Source: Auanema rhodensis (Eukaryota; Animalia; Nematoda). Taken from it: DNA of 64,000 bases. Positions 1-12,800 of this stretch are shown one piece after another. A program made the position numbers and the translations under genes. A model generated the notes under the pieces. The model searched no databases, had not been told where the DNA came from, and was given only the letters and a program-made list of their open reading frames with translations. Location of the stretch: the NCBI GenBank assembly GCA_964057225.1, contig OZ059898.1, positions 124,001 to 188,000 of the forward strand, in the 5' to 3' direction. Every line of letters begins with the position of its first letter. Positions within the stretch are counted from its first letter, which is position 1.

Positions 1-20
1 AGTTCACGTAAATTTCAAAG

Positions 21-35
21 TCATGGTTACCATGA
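21..35. other. Dyad TCATGGT-T-ACCATGA (7-bp arms, BstEII site GGTTACC at the centre), repeated in each monomer
   Basis: TCATGGT is the reverse complement of ACCATGA. The common A35C allele shortens the arms to 6 bp. Confidence 0.95.
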
Positions 36-113
36 ACCAATATCAATAAAAATTTGTTTTTAGACTAATATGGACATGGGGAATCTAATTTTGAAAACCG
101 CATTTCTTTATCT

Positions 114-123
114 TTCACGTGAA
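114..123. other. Perfect 10-bp palindrome TTCACGTGAA containing E-box/G-box CACGTG, repeated in each monomer
   Basis: Read directly. Whether it is a functional binding site is untested. Confidence 0.9.
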
Positions 124-137
124 GCGAGTTACATACC

Positions 138-160
138 AAGTGCACATCACGTGTACATTT
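138..160. other. Imperfect inverted repeat AAGTGCACAT-CAC-GTGTACATTT containing ATCACGTG (146-153), GTGCAC and TGTACA
   Basis: Of 10 stem positions, 7 are Watson-Crick, 2 are G-T and 1 is a mismatch; the loop is 3 nt. Confidence 0.85.
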
Positions 161-177
161 AATTAGCATAAATTAAA
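158..177. other. Inverted repeat TTTAATT-AGCATA-AATTAAA across the monomer junction
   Basis: 7-bp arms. The A170T allele extends them to 8 bp and creates TTAATTAA. Confidence 0.85.
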
Positions 178-3100
178 GTTCACGTAAAATTCAAAGTCAT
201 GGTTACCATGAACCAATATCAATAAAAATTTGTTTTTAGACTAATATGGACATGGGGAATCTAATTTTGAAAACCGCATCTCTTTATCTTTCACGTGAAG
301 CGAGTTACATACCAAGTTCACATCACGTGTACATTTAATTAGCATAAATTAAAGTTCACGTAAATTTCAAAGTCATGGTTACCATGAAGCAATATCAATA
401 AAAATTTGTTTTTAGACTAATATGGACATGGGGAATCTAATTTTGAAAACCGCATCTCTTTATCTTTCACGTGAAGCGAGTTACATACCAAGTGCACATC
501 ACGTGTACATTTAATTAGCATTAATTAAAGTTCACGTAAATTTCAAAGTCATGGTTACCATGAACCAATATCAATAAAAATTTGTTTTTAGACTAATATG
601 GACATGGGGAATCTAATTTTGAAAACCGCATCTCTTTATCTTTCACGTGAAGCGAGTTACATACCAAGTGCACATCACGTGTACATTTAATTAGCATAAA
701 TTAAAGTTCACGTAAAATTCAAAGTCATGGTTACCATGAACCAATATCAATAAAAATTTGTTTTTAGACTAATATGGACATGGGGAATCTAATTTTGAAA
801 ACCGCATCTCTTTATCTTTCACGTGAAGCGAGTTACATACCAAGTGCACATCACGTGTACATTTAATTAGCATAAATTAAAGTTCACGTAAATTTCAAAG
901 TCATGGTTACCATGAAGCAATATCAATAAAAATTTGTTTTTAGACTAATATGGACATGGGGAATCTAATTTTGAAAACCGCATCTCTTTATCTTTCACGT
1001 GAAGCGAGTTACATACCAAGTGCACATCACGTGTACATTTAATTAGCATTAATTAAAGTTCACGTAAATTTCAAAGTCATGGTTACCATGAACCAATATC
1101 AATAAAAATTTGTTTTTAGACTAATATGGACATGGGGAATCTAATTTTGAAAACCGCATCTCTTTATCTTTCACGTGAAGCGAGTTACATACCAAGTGCA
1201 CATCACGTGTACATTTAATTAGCATAAATTAAAGTTCACGTAAATTTCAAAGTCATGGTTACCATGCACCAATATCAATAAAAATTTGTTTTTAGACTAA
1301 TATGGACATGGGGAATCTAATTTTGAAAACCGCATCTCTTTATCTTTCACGTGAAGCGAGTTACATACCAAGTGCACATCACGTGTACATTTAATTAGCA
1401 TAAATTAAAGTTCACGTAAATTTCAAAGTCATGGTTACCATGAACCAATATCAATAAAAATTTGTTTTTAGACTAATATGGACATGGGGAATCTAATTTT
1501 GAAAACCGAATCTCTTTATCTTTCACGTGAAGCGAGTTACATACCAAGTGCACATCACGTGTACATTTAATTAGCATAAATTAAAGTTCACGTAAATTTC
1601 AAAGTCATGGTTACCATGCACCAATATCAATAAAAATTTGTTTTTAGACTAATATGGACATGGGGAATCTAATTTTGAAAACCGCATCTCTTTATCTTTC
1701 ACGTGAAGCGAGTTACATACCAAGTGCACATCACGTGTACATTTAATTAGCATAAATTAAAGTTCACGTAAATTTCAAAGTCATGGTTACCATGAACCAA
1801 TATCAATAAAAATTTGTTTTTAGACTAATATGGACATGGGGAATCTAATTTTGAAAACCGCATCTCTTCATCTTTCACGTGAAGCGAGTTACATACCAAG
1901 TGCACATCACGTGTACATTTAATTAGCATAAATTAAAGTTCACGTAAATTTCAAAGTCATGGTTACCATGCACCAATATCAATAAAAATTTGTTTTTAGA
2001 CTAATATGGACATGGGGAATCTAATTTTGAAAACCGAATCTCTTTATCTTTCACGTGAAGCGAGTTACATACCAAGTGCACATCACGTGTACATTTAATT
2101 AGCATAAATTAAAGTTCACGTAAATTTCAAAGTCATGGTTACCATGAACCAATATCAATAAAAATTTGTTTTTAGACTAATATGGACATGGGGAATCTAA
2201 TTTTGAAAACCGCATCTCTTTATCTTTCACGTGAAGCGAGTTACATACCAAGTGCACATCACGTGTACATTTAATTAGCATAAATTAAAGTTCACGTAAA
2301 TTTCAAAGTCATGGTTACCATGCACCAATATCAATAAAAATTTGTTTTTAGACTAATATGGACATGGGGAATCTAATTTTGAAAACCGCATCTCTTTATC
2401 TTTCACGTGAAGCGAGTTACATACCAAGTGCACATCACGTGTACATTTAATTAGCATAAATTAAAGTTCACGTAAATTTCAAAGTCATGGTTACCATGAA
2501 CCAATATCAATAAAAATTTGTTTTTAGACTAATATGGACATGGGGAATCTAATTTTGAAAACCGCATCTCTTCATCTTTCACGTGAAGCGAGTTACATAC
2601 CAAGTGCACATCACGTGTACATTTAATTAGCATAAATTAAAGTTCACGTAAATTTCAAAGTCATGGTTACCATGCACCAATATCAATAAAAATTTGTTTT
2701 TAGACTAATATGGACATGGGGAATCTAATTTTGAAAACCGCATCTCTTTATCTTTCACGTGAAGCGAGTTACATACCAAGTGCACATCACGTGTACATTT
2801 AATTAGCATAAATTAAAGTTCACGTAAAATTCAAAGTCATGGTTACCATGAACCAATATCAATAAAAATTTGTTTTTAGACTAATATGGACATGGGGAAT
2901 CTAATTTTGAAAACCGCATCTCTTTATCTTTCACGTGAAGCGAGTTACATACCAAGTGCACATCACGTGTACATTTAATTAGCATAAATTAAAGTTCACG
3001 TAAAATTCAAAGTCATGGTTACCATGAACCAATATCAATAAAAATTTGTTTTTAGACTAATATGGACATGGGGAATCTAATTTTGAAAACCGCATCTCTT

Positions 3101-4048
3101 TATCTTTCACGTGAAGCGAGTTACATACCAAGTGCACATCACGTGTACATTTAATTAGCATAAATTAAAGTTCACGTAAATTTCAAAGTCATGGTTACCA
3201 TGAACCAATATCAATAAAAATTTGTTTTTAGACTAATATGGACATGGGGAATCTAATTTTGAAAACCGCATTTCTTTATCTTTCACGTGAAGCGAGTTAC
3301 ATACCAAGTGCACATCACGTGTACATTTAATTAGCATAAATTAAAGTTCACGTAAAATTCAAAGTCATGGTTACCATGAACCAATATCAATAAAAATTTG
3401 TTTTTAGACTAATATGGACATGGGGAATCTAATTTTGAAAACCGCATCTCTTTATCTTTCACGTGAAGCGAGCTACATACCAAGTGCACATCACGTGTAC
3501 ATTTAATTAGCATAAATTAAAGTTCACGTAAATTTCAAAGTCATGGTTACCATGAAGCAATATCAATAAAAATTTGTTTTTAGACTAATATGGACATGGG
3601 GAATCTAATTTTGAAAACCGCATCTCTTTATCTTTCATGTGAAGCGAGTTACATACCAAGTGCACATCACGTGTACATTTAATTAGCATAAATTAAAGTT
3701 CACGTAAATTTCAAAGTCATGGTTACCATGAACCAATATCAATAAAAATTAGTTTTTAGACTAATATGGACATGGGGAATCTAATTTTGAAAACCGCATT
3801 TCTTTATCTTTCACGTGAAGCGAGTTACATACCAAGTGCACATCACGTGTACATTTAATTAGCATAAATTAAAGTTCACGTAAATTTCAAAGTCATGGTT
3901 ACCATGAAGCAATATCAATAAAAATTTGTTTTTAGACTAATATGGACATGGGGAATCTAATTTAGAAAACCGCATCTCTTTATCTTTCACGTGAAGCGAG
4001 TTACATACCAAGTGCACATCACGTGTACATTTAATTAGCATAAATTAA

Positions 4049-5808
4049 AGTTCACGTAAATTTCAAAGTCATGGTTACCATGAACCAATATCAATAAAAA
4101 TTAGTTTTTAGACTAATATGGACATGGGGAATCTAATTTTGAAAACCGCATTTCTTTATCTTTTACGTGAAGCGAGTTACATACCAAGTGCACATCACGT
4201 GTACATTTAATTAGCATAAATTAAAGTTCACGTAAAATTCAAAGTCATGGTTACCATGAACCAATATCAATAAAAATTTGTTTTTAGACTAATATGGACA
4301 TGGGGAATCTAATTTTGAAAACCGCATCTCTTTATCTTTCACGTGAAGCGAGTTACATACCAAGTGCACATCACGTGTACATTTAATTAGCATAAATTAA
4401 AGTTCACGTAAATTTCAAAGTCATGGTTACCATGAAGCAATATCAATAAAAATTTGTTTTTAGACTAATATGGACATGGGGAATCTAATTTTGAAAACCG
4501 CATCTCTTTATCTTTCACGTGAAGCGAGTTACATACCAAGTGCACATCACGTGTACATTTAATTAGCATTAATTAAAGTTCACGTAAATTTCAAAGTCAT
4601 GGTTACCATGAACCAATATCAATAAAAATTTGTTTTTAGACTAATATGGACATGGGGAATCTAATTTTGAAAACCGCATCTCTTTATCTTTCACGTGAAG
4701 CGAATTACATACCAAGTGCACATCACGTGTACATTTAATTAGCATAAATTAAAGTTCACGTAAATTTCAAAGTCATGGTTACCATGCACCAATATCAATA
4801 AAAATTTGTTTTTAGACTAATATGGACATGGGGAATCTAATTTTGAAAACCGCATCTCTTTATCTTTCACGTGAAGCGAGTTACATACCAAGTGCACATC
4901 ACGTGTACATTTAATTAGCATAAATTAAAGTTCACGTAAATTTCAAAGTCATGGTTACCATGAACCAATATCAATAAAAATTTGTTTTTAGACTAATATG
5001 GACATGGAGAATCTAATTTTGAAAACCGCATTTCTTTATCTTTTACGTGAAGCGAGTTACATACCAAGTGCACATCACGTGTACATTTAATTAGCATAAA
5101 TTAAAGTTCACGTAAAATTCAAAGTCATGGTTACCATGAACCAATATCAATAAAAATTTGTTTTTAGACTAATATGGACATGGGGAATCTAATTTTGAAA
5201 ACCGCATCTCTTTATCTTTCACGTGAAGCGAGTTACATACCAAGTGCACATCACGTGTACATTTAATTAGCATAAATTAAAGTTCACGTAAATTTCAAAG
5301 TCATGGTTACCATGAAGCAATATCAATAAAAATTTGTTTTTAGACTAATATGGACATGGGGAATCTAATTTTGAAAACCGCATCTCTTTATCTTTCACGT
5401 GAAGCGAGTTACATACCAAGTGCACATCACGTGTACATTTAATTAGCATTAATTAAAGTTCACGTAAATTTCAAAGTCATGGTTACCATGAACCAATATC
5501 AATAAAAATTTGTTTTTAGACTAATATGGACATGGGGAATCTAATTTTGAAAACCGCATCTCTTTATCTTTCACGTGAAGCGAATTACATACCAAGTGCA
5601 CATCACGTGTACATTTAATTAGCATAAATTAAAGTTCACGTAAATTTCAAAGTCATGGTTACCATGCACCAATATCAATAAAAATTTGTTTTTAGACTAA
5701 TATGGACATGGGGAATCTAATTTTGAAAACCGCACCTCTTTATCTTTCACGTGAAGCGAGTTACATACCAAGTGCACATCACGTGTACATTTAATTAGCA
5801 TAAATTAA
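4049..5808. repeat. Local 5-mer (880 bp) duplication
   Basis: C116T at 4164/5044 and G128A at 4704/5584, both 880 bp apart. Confidence 0.85.
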
Positions 5809-8800
5809 AGTTCACGTAAATTTCAAAGTCATGGTTACCATGCACCAATATCAATAAAAATTTGTTTTTAGACTAATATGGACATGGGGAATCTAATTTT
5901 GAAAACCGCATCTCTTTATCTTTCACGTGAAGCGAGTTACATACCAAGTGCACATCACGTGTACATTTAATTAGCATAAATTAAAGTTCACGTAAATTTC
6001 AAAGTCATGGTTACCATGAAGCAATATCAATAAAAATTTGTTTTTAGACTAATATGGACATGGGGAATCTAATTTTGAAAACCGCATCTCTTTATCTTTC
6101 ACGTGAAGCGAGTTACATACCAAGTGCACATCACGTGTACATTTACATAGCATAAATTAAAGTTCACGTAAATTTCAAAGTCATGGTTACCATGAAGCAA
6201 TATCAATAAAAATTTGTTTTTAGACTAATATGGACAGGGGGAATCTAATTTTGAAAACCGCATCTCTTTATCTTTCACGTGAAGCGAGTTACATACCAAG
6301 TGCACATCACGTGTACATTTAATTAGCATAAATTAAAGTTCACGTAAATTTCAAAGTCATGGTTACCATGAAGCAATATCAATAAAAATTTGTTTTTAGA
6401 CTAATATGGACATGGGGAATCTAATTTTGAAAACCGCATCTCTTTATCTTTCACGTGAAGCGAGTTACATACCAAGTGCACATCACGTGTACATTTAATT
6501 AGCATAAATTAAAGTTCACGTAAATTTCAAAGTCATGGTTACCATGAACCAATATTAATAAAAATTTGTTTTTAGACTAATATGGACATGGGGAATCTAA
6601 TTTTGAAAACCGCATTTCTTTATCTTTCACGTGAAGCGAGTTACATACCAAGTGCACATCACGTGTACATTTAATTAGCATAAATTAAAGTTCACGTAAA
6701 ATTCAAAGTCATGGTTACCATGAACCAATATCAATAAAAATTTGTTTTTAGACTAATATGGACATGGGGAATCTAATTTTGAAAACCGCATCTCTTTATC
6801 TTTCACGTGAAGCGAGTTACATACCAAGTGCACATCACGTGTACATTTAATTAGCATAAATTAAAGTTCACGTAAGTTTCAAAGTCATGGTTACCATGAA
6901 GCAATATCAATAAAAATTTGTTTTTAGACTAATATGGACATGGGGAATCTAATTTTGAAAACCGCATCTCTTTATCTTTCACGTGAAGCGAGTTACATAC
7001 CAAGTGCACATCACGTGTACATTTAATTAGCATAAATTAAAGTTCACGTAAATTTCAAAGTCATGGTTACCATGAACCAATATCAATAAAAATTTGTTTT
7101 TAGACTAATATGGACATGGGGAATCTAATTTTGAAAACCGCATTTCTTTATCTTTCACGTGAAGCGAGTTACATACCAAGTGCACATCACGTGTACATTT
7201 AATTAGCATAAATTAAAGTTCACGTAAAATTCAAAGTCATGGTTACCATAAACCAATATCAATAAAAATTTGTTTTTAGACTAGTATGGACATGGGGAAT
7301 CTAATTTTGAAAACCGCATCTCTTTATCTTTCACGTGAAGCGAGTTACATACCAAGTGCACATCACGTGTACATTTAATTAGCATAAATTAATGTTCACG
7401 TAAATTTCAAAGTCATGGTTACCATGAAGCAATATCAATAAAAATTTGTTTTTAGACTAATATGGACATGGGGAATCTAATTTTGAAAACCGCATCTCTT
7501 TATCTTTCACGTGAAGCGAGTTACATACCAAGTGCACATCACGTGTACATTTAATTAGCATTAATTAAAGTTCACGTAAATTTCAAAGTCATGGTTACCA
7601 TGAACCAATATCAATAAAAATTTGTTTTTAGACTAATATGGACATGGGGAATCTAATTTTGAAAACCGCATCTCTTTATCTTTCACGTGAAGCGAGTTAC
7701 ATACCAAGTGCACATCACGTGTACATTTAATTAGCATAAATTAAAGTTCACGTAAATTTCAAAGTCATGGTTACCATGAAGCAATATCAATAAAAATTTG
7801 TTTTTAGACTAATATGGACATGGGGAATCTAATTTTGAAAACCGCATCTCTTTATCTTTCACGTGAAGCGAGTTACATACCAAGTGCACATCACGTGTAC
7901 ATTTAATTAGCATAAATTAAAGTTCACGTAAATTTCAAAGTCATGGTTACCATGAAGCAATATCAATAAAAATTTGTTTTTAGACTAATATGGACATGGG
8001 GAATCTAATTTTGAAAACCGCATCTCTTTATCTTTCACGTGAAGCGAGTTACATACCAAGTGCACATCACGTGTACATTTAATTAGCATAAATTAAAGTT
8101 CACGTAAATTTCAAAGTCATGGTTACCATGAACCAATATCAATAAAAATTTGTTTTTAGACTAATATGGACATGGGGAATCTAATTTTGAAAACCGCATT
8201 TCTTTATCTTTCACGTGAAGCGAGTTACATACCAAGTGCACATCACGTGTACATTTAATTAGCATAAATTAAAGTTCACGTAAAATTCAAAGTCATGGTT
8301 ACCATGAACCAATATCAATAAAAATTTGTTTTTAGACTAATATGGACATGGGGAATCTAATTTTGAAAACCGCATCTCTTTATCTTTCACGTGAAGCGAG
8401 TTACATACCAAGTGCACATCACGTGTACATTTAATTAGCATAAATTAAAGTTCACGTAAATTTCAAAGTCATGGTTACCATGAAGCAATATCAATAAAAA
8501 TTTGTTTTTAGACTAATATGGACATGGGGAATCTAATTTTGAAAACCGCATCTCTTTATCTTTCACGTGAAGCGAGTTACATACCAAGTGCACATCACGT
8601 GTACATTTAATTAGCATAAATTAAAGTTCACGTAAATTTCAAAGTCATGGTTACCATGAACCAATATCAATAAAAATTTGTTTTTAGACTAATATGGACA
8701 TGGGGAATCTAATTTTGAAAACCGCATTTCTTTATCTTTCACGTGAAGCGAGTTACATACCAAGTGCACATCACGTGTACATTTAATTAGCATAAATTAA

Positions 8801-9856
8801 AGTTCACGTAAAATTCAAAGTCATGGTTACCATGAAGCAATATCAATAAAAATTTGTTTTTAGACTAATATGGACATGGGGAATCTAATTTTGAAAACCG
8901 CATCTCTTTATCTTTCACGTGAAGCGAGTTACATACCAAGTGCACATCACGTGTACATTTAATTAGCATAAATTAAAGTTCACGTAAATTTCAAAGTCAT
9001 GGTTACCATGAACCAATATCAATAAAAATTTGTTTTTAGACTAATATGGACATGGGGAATCTAATTTTGAAAACCGCATTTCGTTATCTTTCACGTGAAG
9101 CGAGTTACATACCAAGTGCACATCACGTGTACATTTAATTAGCATAAATTAAAGTTCACGTAAAATTCAAAGTCATGGTTACCATGAACCAATATCAATA
9201 AAAATTTGTTTTTAGACTAATATGGACATGGGGAATCTAATTTTGAAAACCGCATCTCTTTATCTTTCACGTGAAGCGAGTTACATACCAAGTGCACATC
9301 ACGTGTACATTTAATTAGCATAAATTAAAGTTCACGTAAATTTCAAAGTCATGGTTACCATGAAGCAATATCAATAAAAATTTGTTTTTAGACTAATATG
9401 GACATGGGGAATCTAATTTTGAAAACCGCATCTCTTTATCTTTCACGTGAAGCGAGTTACATACCAAGTGCACATCACGTGTACATTTAATTAGCATAAA
9501 TTAAAGTTCACGTAAATTTCAAAGTCATGGTTACCATGAACCAATATCAATAAAAATTTGTTTTTAGACTAATATGGACATGGGGAATCTAATTTTGAAA
9601 ACCGCATTTCTTTATCTTTCACGTGAAGCGAGTTACATACCAAGTGCACATCACGTGTACATTTAATTAGCATAAATTAAAGTTCACGTAAAATTCAAAG
9701 TCATGGTTACCATGAACCAATATCAATAAAAATTTGTTTTTAGACTAATATGGACATGGGGAATCTAATTTTGAAAACCGCATTTCTTTATCTTTCACGT
9801 GAAGCGAGTTACATACCAAGTGCACATCACGTGTACATTTAATTAGCATAAATTAA

Positions 9857-12800
9857 AGTTCACGTAAAATTCAAAGTCATGGTTACCATGAACCAATATC
9901 AATAAAAATTTGTTTTTAGACTAATATGGACATGGGGAATCTAATTTTGAAAACCGCATCTCTTTATCTTTCACGTGAAGCGAGTTACATACCAAGTGCA
10001 CATCACGTGTACATTTAATTAGCATAAATTAAAGTTCACGTAAATTTCAAAGTCATGGTTACCATGAAGCAATATCAATAAAAATTTGTTTTTAGACTAA
10101 TATGGACATGGGGAATCTAATTTTGAAAACCGCATCTCTTTATCTTTCACGTGAAGCGAGTTACATACCAAGTGCACATCACGTGTACATTTAATTAGCA
10201 TTAATTAAAGTTCACGTAAATTTCAAAGTCATGGTTACCATGAACCAATATCAATAAAAATTTGTTTTTAGACTAATATGGACATGGGGAATCTAATTTT
10301 GAAAACCGCATCTCTTTATCTTTCACGTGAAGCGAGTTACATACCAAGTGCACATCACGTGTACATTTAATTAGCATAAATTAAAGTTCACGTAAAATTC
10401 AAAGTCATGGTTACCATGAACCAATATCAATAAAAATTTGTTTTTAGACTAATATGGACATGGGGAATCTAATTTTGAAAACCGCATCTCTTTATCTTTC
10501 ACGTGAAGCGAGTTACATACCAAGTGCACATCACGTGTACATTTAATTAGCATAAATTAAAGTTCACGTAAATTTCAAAGTCATGGTTACCATGAAGCAA
10601 TATCAATAAAAATTTGTTTTTAGACTAATATGGATATGGGGAATCTAATTTTGAAAACCGCATTTCTTTATCTTTCACGTGAAGCGAGTTACATACCAAG
10701 TGCACATCACGTGTACATTTAATTAGCATAAATTAAAGTTCACGTAAAATTCAAAGTCATGGTTACCATGAACCAATATCAATAAAAATTTGTTTTTAGA
10801 CTAATATGGACATGGGGAATCTAATTTTGAAAACCGCATCTCTTTATCTTTCACGTGAAGCGAGTTACATACCAAGTGCACATCACGTGTACATTTAATT
10901 AGCATAAATTAAAGTTCACGTAAATTTCAAAGTCATGGTTACCATGAAGCAATATCAATAAAAATTTGTTTTTAGACTAATATGGACATGGGGAATCTAA
11001 TTTTGAAAACCGCATCTCTTTATCTTTCACGTGAAGCGAGTTACATACCAAGTGCACATCACGTGTACATTTAATTAGCATTAATTAAAGTTCACGTAAA
11101 TTTCAAAGTCATGGTTACCATGAACCAATATCAATAAAAATTTGTTTTTAGACTAATATGGACATGGGGAATCTAATTTTGAAAACCGCATCTCTTTATC
11201 TTTCACGTGAAGCGAGTTACATACCAAGTGCACATCACGTGTACATTTAATTAGCATAAATTAAAGTTCACGTAAAATTCAAAGTCATGGTTACCATGAA
11301 CCAATATCAATAAAAATTTGTTTTTAGACTAATATGGACATGGGGAATCTAATTTTGAAAACCGCATCTCTTTATCTTTCACGTGAAGCGAGTTACATAC
11401 CAAGTGCACATCACGTGTACATTTAATTAGCATAAATTAAAGTTCACGTAAATTTCAAAGTCATGGTTACCATGAAGCAATATCAATAAAAATTTGTTTT
11501 TAGACTAATATGGATATGGGGAATCTAATTTTGAAAACCGCATTTCTTTATCTTTCACGTGAAGCGAGTTACATACCAAGTGCACATCACGTGTACATTT
11601 AATTAGCATAAATTAAAGTTCACGTAAAATTCAAAGTCATGGTTACCATGAACCAATATCAATAAAAATTTGTTTTTAGACTAATATGGACATGGGGAAT
11701 CTAATTTTGAAAACCGCATCTCTTTATCTTTCACGTGAAGCGAGTTACATACCAAGTGCACATCACGTGTACATTTAATTAGCATAAATTAAAGTTCACG
11801 TAAATTTCAAAGTCATGGTTACCATGAAGCAATATCAATAAAAATTTGTTTTTAGACTAATATGGACATGGGGAATCTAATTTTGAAAACCGCATCTCTT
11901 TATCTTTCACGTGAAGCGAGTTACATACCAAGTGCACATCACGTGTACATTTAATTAGCATTAATTAAAGTTCACGTAAATTTCAAAGTCATGGTTACCA
12001 TGAACCAATATCAATAAAAATTTGTTTTTAGACTAATATGGACATGGGGAATCTAATTTTGAAAACCGCATCTCTTTATCTTTCACGTGAAGCGAGTTAC
12101 ATACCAAGTGCACATCACGTGTACATTTAATTAGCATAAATTAAAGTTCACGTAAAATTCAAAGTCATGGTTACCATGAACCAATATCAATAAAAATTTG
12201 TTTTTAGACTAATATGGACATGGGGAATCTAATTTTGAAAACCGCATCTCTTTATCTTTCACGTGAAGCGAGTTACATACCAAGTGCACATCACGTGTAC
12301 ATTTAATTAGCATAAATTAAAGTTCACGTAAATTTCAAAGTCATGGTTACCATGAAGCAATATCAATAAAAATTTGTTTTTAGACTAATATGGATATGGG
12401 GAATCTAATTTTGAAAACCGCATTTCTTTATCTTTCACGTGAAGCGAGTTACATACCAAGTGCACATCACGTGTACATTTAATTAGCATAAATTAAAGTT
12501 CACGTAAAATTCAAAGTCATGGTTACCATGAACCAATATCAATAAAAATTTGTTTTTAGACTAATATGGACATGGGGAATCTAATTTTGAAAACCGCATC
12601 TCTTTATCTTTCACGTGAAGCGAGTTACATACCAAGTGCACATCACGTGTACATTTAATTAGCATAAATTAAAGTTCACGTAAATTTCAAAGTCATGGTT
12701 ACCATGAAGCAATATCAATAAAAATTTGTTTTTAGACTAATATGGACATGGGGAATCTAATTTTGAAAACCGCATCTCTTTATCTTTCACGTGAAGCGAG

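Larger units (their letters stand above)
1..176 (+). repeat. Reference monomer (176 bp)
   Basis: First full unit; the next begins at 177. It carries the C104T variant. Confidence 0.99.

Noticed and set aside
35-37. Three-state AAC/CAC/AAG pattern as an information code
   Set aside because: The order is explained by local duplication. Apparent absence of the CAG double allele is expected from tight linkage of two sites 2 bp apart.
1-176. CENP-B box
   Set aside because: No TTCG....A..CGGG match is seen on either strand of the consensus.
1-176. Identity with known ~171-178 bp satellites (alpha satellite, CEN178, CentBr, honeybee AluI)
   Set aside because: Only the length is similar. I see no sequence resemblance to those I remember, the consensus lacks HindIII and AluI sites, and a database search is needed.
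1-176. 5S rRNA, tRNA or snRNA tandem gene unit, or telomeric repeat
   Set aside because: No recognisable 5S or tRNA sequence, no Pol III A/B boxes, and no short telomeric motif.
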